Of a stretch of 64,000 nucleotides of DNA, positions 61,721 to 64,000 are shown in pieces. Every line of letters begins with the position of its first letter. Position 1 is the stretch's first letter. Below the pieces are notes generated by a model. The model worked only from the letters and a program-made list of their open reading frames with translations. It made no database searches and had not been told where the DNA came from. A program made the position numbers and the translations under genes. This DNA is from Candidatus Uhrbacteria bacterium (GTDB lineage Bacteria > Patescibacteriota > Patescibacteriia > UBA9934 > GWF2-40-263): the NCBI GenBank assembly GCA_016188495.1, contig JACPHU010000029.1, forward strand, positions 11,136 to 75,135, given 5' to 3'.

Positions 61721-62155
61721 ATGGATACAGCGTTCTTTCTTCAGGTTATTCACCCAGGGCAATTATTGTTCGCATTGGTGGTATTGCTTTTCGGTTCAGC
61801 GTTTACATTGAGCTTTCTGATCGCTTCTAAAGCTCAGGTCATAAAGCCTTTGATCGCTGTTCTTTTTGTTATTCTTTTTTTACTTCTGGGAACCGTAGCG
61901 ATTGAATTTAGTGCTGCACAAACTCCTTCTTATACGTACGGAGTGTTTGCTTCGTTATCAGAAGCCCTCTCAACCCATCGTTGGCTGTTGTTCCAGCTTC
62001 CTCTTGTGCTGACCATGAGTTCGCTTTTTATTCTTATGGTGTATCAGGAACGGATAAAAGAAAAACACGCGTTTATTTATCGAGGAACGATCCTGATTTC
62101 TATAGGGATCAGTTTTGCCAGCGTTGCCGTCATTATTTTTGAATCCATGCTTTAA
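61721..62155 (+). CDS. hypothetical membrane protein
   Basis: 144 aa, four hydrophobic helices. Confidence 0.4.
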   Translation: MDTAFFLQVIHPGQLLFALVVLLFGSAFTLSFLIASKAQVIKPLIAVLFVILFLLLGTVAIEFSAAQTPSYTYGVFASLSEALSTHRWLLFQLPLVLTMSSLFILMVYQERIKEKHAFIYRGTILISIGISFASVAVIIFESML

Positions 62156-62157
62156 CT

Positions 62158-62499
62158 ATGTTTACGTTTTTTAAAGAAAGAATCCATGAGTCTTTTGCCC
62201 TTGCTAGCGTTTTGGCTGCGTCCGTTGCTCTACACGTGGCTTGGATCGATAATTTGTTGATTACACGCTCGTCGGTCATTGGCGACTGGGTTACGCTTAA
62301 TCCCGCAATTGGTCCTATCTCAGGCTTGTATGTGGATACCTTAGGAGCTTTTTTTATGACGCTTCTTCTTGCCACGGCGTTTTGGAGAGGAAAAGATGTG
62401 AGTCATTGGCGAGATCGTGTGTTTTGGTTTTTTATTTTTTCGATCGTCATGTTCTTGTTGATGACATTGCCGTTTGTTTATGGGTTTGTTATTAGTTAG
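62158..62499 (+). CDS. hypothetical membrane protein
   Basis: 113 aa, three hydrophobic helices. Starts 2 nt after the previous ORF. Confidence 0.4.
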   Translation: MFTFFKERIHESFALASVLAASVALHVAWIDNLLITRSSVIGDWVTLNPAIGPISGLYVDTLGAFFMTLLLATAFWRGKDVSHWRDRVFWFFIFSIVMFLLMTLPFVYGFVIS

Positions 62500-62553
62500 T
62501 GCGTACGGTAAACTTTGATTCTTATTGTTTTTAGAATTAAGTTTTTTATTGCT

Positions 62554-64000
62554 ATGGATATTTCTGTACGAAAGGAAGATTTGACTAAGTATGCGTGCGA
62601 TCTTCTTGTCTTAGGAGCTTTTTTAAAAGAGAAAGAATCGAGCCTTGAATTTGCCCAGGTTAACGAAGCGCTTGAAGGGAAACTTGCGACCTTCATGAAG
62701 GAAGATAAATTTAAAGCAAAAGAGGGGAGCACTTTTCTCATGCGTACTCACGGGAAGATCGCAGCCAAAAGAATTTTGGTTGTGGGATTGGGTGAAAAAG
62801 AATCGTGCACACTCGAATCTGTCCGACAGGCAACGGCAACCTCATTGGGGATTGCCAAGGGTTTGGGATTGAAATCTATCGCCTCTGTTTTGCACGCAAC
62901 AGGAATAGAGGGTCTGACTGCTGCAGATTGCGCCCAAGCCATGGTAGAAGGATCTGAGCTGGCTATGTATTCCTTTGATGTTTATAAAAAACCGAAAAAA
63001 ATATCGCCTGTTCGTTTTGATTTGATTTCTGTGCCTGCGGCACAATTGCGCCAGATCCAAAAAGGTATTCAGATAGGAGAACTGATGGCTCGCGGGACGC
63101 TTCTTGCGCGAGATCTTGTGAATACCCCTGCTCAAGATATGTACCCTGGAAAATTGGTTGAGCATGCTCGTGCGATTGCGAAGGGAAAGGGAACGATTCG
63201 AGTAAAAGTGTACGATACTCAGGCTCTTGTTCGTATGGGTGCAGGAGGAATTTTGGGTGTCGCCCGCGGATCTGATCACCCTCCTTTTTTGGTTCATATG
63301 GTGTATAAGCCCAAAAAAGCTACAAAAAAACGTGTCGCATTGGTTGGAAAAGCCGTCACGTTTGATTCAGGCGGATTGTCATTGAAACCTGCCGATTACA
63401 TGACAACCATGAAAGTAGACATGGCAGGAGCGGCGGCTGTATTAGGAGTCTTTGATGTGATTGATGAATTAGCTCCTGAGTGCGAAGTGCATGGAATTTT
63501 CGGCGCCGTTGAAAACATGCCTTCAGGCAAAGCCATGCGGCCGGGAGATGTGCTCATCGCGATGAATAAGAAAAGTATCGAAGTGCTTAATACCGATGCA
63601 GAAGGACGTTTGACTCTTGCTGATACCTTGAACTTTGCTGTGAAACAAAAACCTCAAGCGATTATTGATCTGGCAACCCTTACGGGTGCTTGTATGGTGG
63701 CACTGGGTGAGGAAATTACAGGACTGATGTCTAATAACGATGATCTTGCCGGTCAGGTTTCAAGTGCTGCAGAAACGGCTGGAGAAAAAGTATGGCGTCT
63801 TCCACTTGAAAAGAATTATAAAAAATTAGTGAAATCCCATGTAGCTGACTTGCAAAACGTAGGAAGTCGATGGGGCGGGGCATTGACGGCCGGACTGTTT
63901 TTAGAAGAGTTTGTCGAAAAAACACCTTGGGTTCATCTTGATATTGCAGGTCCTGCCTATGCGGAACGCGATATCGATCCTTATACCAAAAAAGGCGCAA
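62554..64000 (+). CDS. pepA: leucyl aminopeptidase (M17), 3' end beyond window
   Basis: Hand translation from ATG 62554 gives MDISVRKEDL...NTDAEGRLTLADTL (M17 signature) and the KPADYMTTMKVDMAGAA metal site. Open to the window end. Confidence 0.85.
   Translation, partial: MDISVRKEDLTKYACDLLVLGAFLKEKESSLEFAQVNEALEGKLATFMKEDKFKAKEGSTFLMRTHGKIAAKRILVVGLGEKESCTLESVRQATATSLGIAKGLGLKSIASVLHATGIEGLTAADCAQAMVEGSELAMYSFDVYKKPKKISPVRFDLISVPAAQLRQIQKGIQIGELMARGTLLARDLVNTPAQDMYPGKLVEHARAIAKGKGTIRVKVYDTQALVRMGAGGILGVARGSDHPPFLVHMVYKPKKATKKRVALVGKAVTFDSGGLSLKPADYMTTMKVDMAGAAAVLGVFDVIDELAPECEVHGIFGAVENMPSGKAMRPGDVLIAMNKKSIEVLNTDAEGRLTLADTLNFAVKQKPQAIIDLATLTGACMVALGEEITGLMSNNDDLAGQVSSAAETAGEKVWRLPLEKNYKKLVKSHVADLQNVGSRWGGALTAGLFLEEFVEKTPWVHLDIAGPAYAERDIDPYTKKGA

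Noticed and set aside
63731-64000. 89-aa minus-strand ORF at window end
   Set aside because: Antisense to the leucyl aminopeptidase reading frame, which carries the M17 NTDAEGRL signature.

Overview
This 64 kb window comes from a low-GC (about 40% by eye) bacterial chromosome. It has housekeeping genes at both ends and a long accessory, mobile-looking middle section.

Housekeeping genes at the window ends:
- Left end: a thioredoxin/VKOR pair and a beta-CASP MBL ribonuclease.
- Right end: RarA, MsrB, VKOR, CcdA and leucyl aminopeptidase.
- Around 50 to 53 kb: HAD hydrolase, peptidase E, a CDP-alcohol phosphatidyltransferase and a PRPP synthetase-like gene.

Biosynthetic operon (2.0 to 9.1 kb):
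- Four tightly coupled minus-strand genes: a Zn alcohol dehydrogenase, a glutamine-dependent asparagine-synthetase-like amidotransferase, a SAM methyltransferase and an NRPS-like adenylation-thiolation-reductase enzyme.
- A convergent 4'-phosphopantetheinyl transferase overlaps the operon's 3' end.
- A NadR-like NMN adenylyltransferase lies just upstream.

Secreted collagen-like protein (19.3 to 21.4 kb):
- It has a peptidoglycan-binding domain, a long Gly-X-Y triple-helix repeat and a BclA/C1q-like C-terminal domain.
- The repeat is encoded by near-perfect nucleotide tandem repeats.

Defense and mobility section (about 21.5 to 49.5 kb):
- A Type II R-M pair (gamma-class N6A methyltransferase plus a small PD-(D/E)xK protein) sits beside an IS1595-family transposase.
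- A LexA-like repressor, a DUF2188 protein, a MazG-like protein and a nuclease form a minus-strand module.
- A ParB-domain/DNA-methyltransferase fusion is followed by a terminase-small-subunit-like HTH protein.
- An HsdR_N-like endonuclease fragment and a TM0106-type RecB-like nuclease are also present.
- The centrepiece is an eight-gene Type I R-M operon: Fic-like, hsdM, a HEPN-like protein, hsdS, three small uncharacterised genes (a Zn-ribbon protein, a mini Zn-ribbon protein and a 2-TM membrane protein), then hsdR.
- A large serine recombinase follows the operon, and tRNA-Asn(GTT) lies 2 kb further on.

Repeated non-coding elements, likely integration scars or regulatory modules:
- An ~80-bp direct repeat flanks the tRNA 3' end and recurs 25.6 kb away.
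- A ~110-bp modular repeat carrying a tRNA 3'-end-like motif occurs twice, bracketing a 5-kb islet.
- A 40-bp terminator-like palindromic repeat occurs twice.
- There are truncated duplicates of gene ends.

Two candidate structured RNAs were found by inspection, one with a long closing stem plus intrinsic terminator upstream of a membrane-protein gene. No CRISPR array or rRNA was seen. Many small ORFs in the six-frame track are antisense or repeat-frame artefacts.
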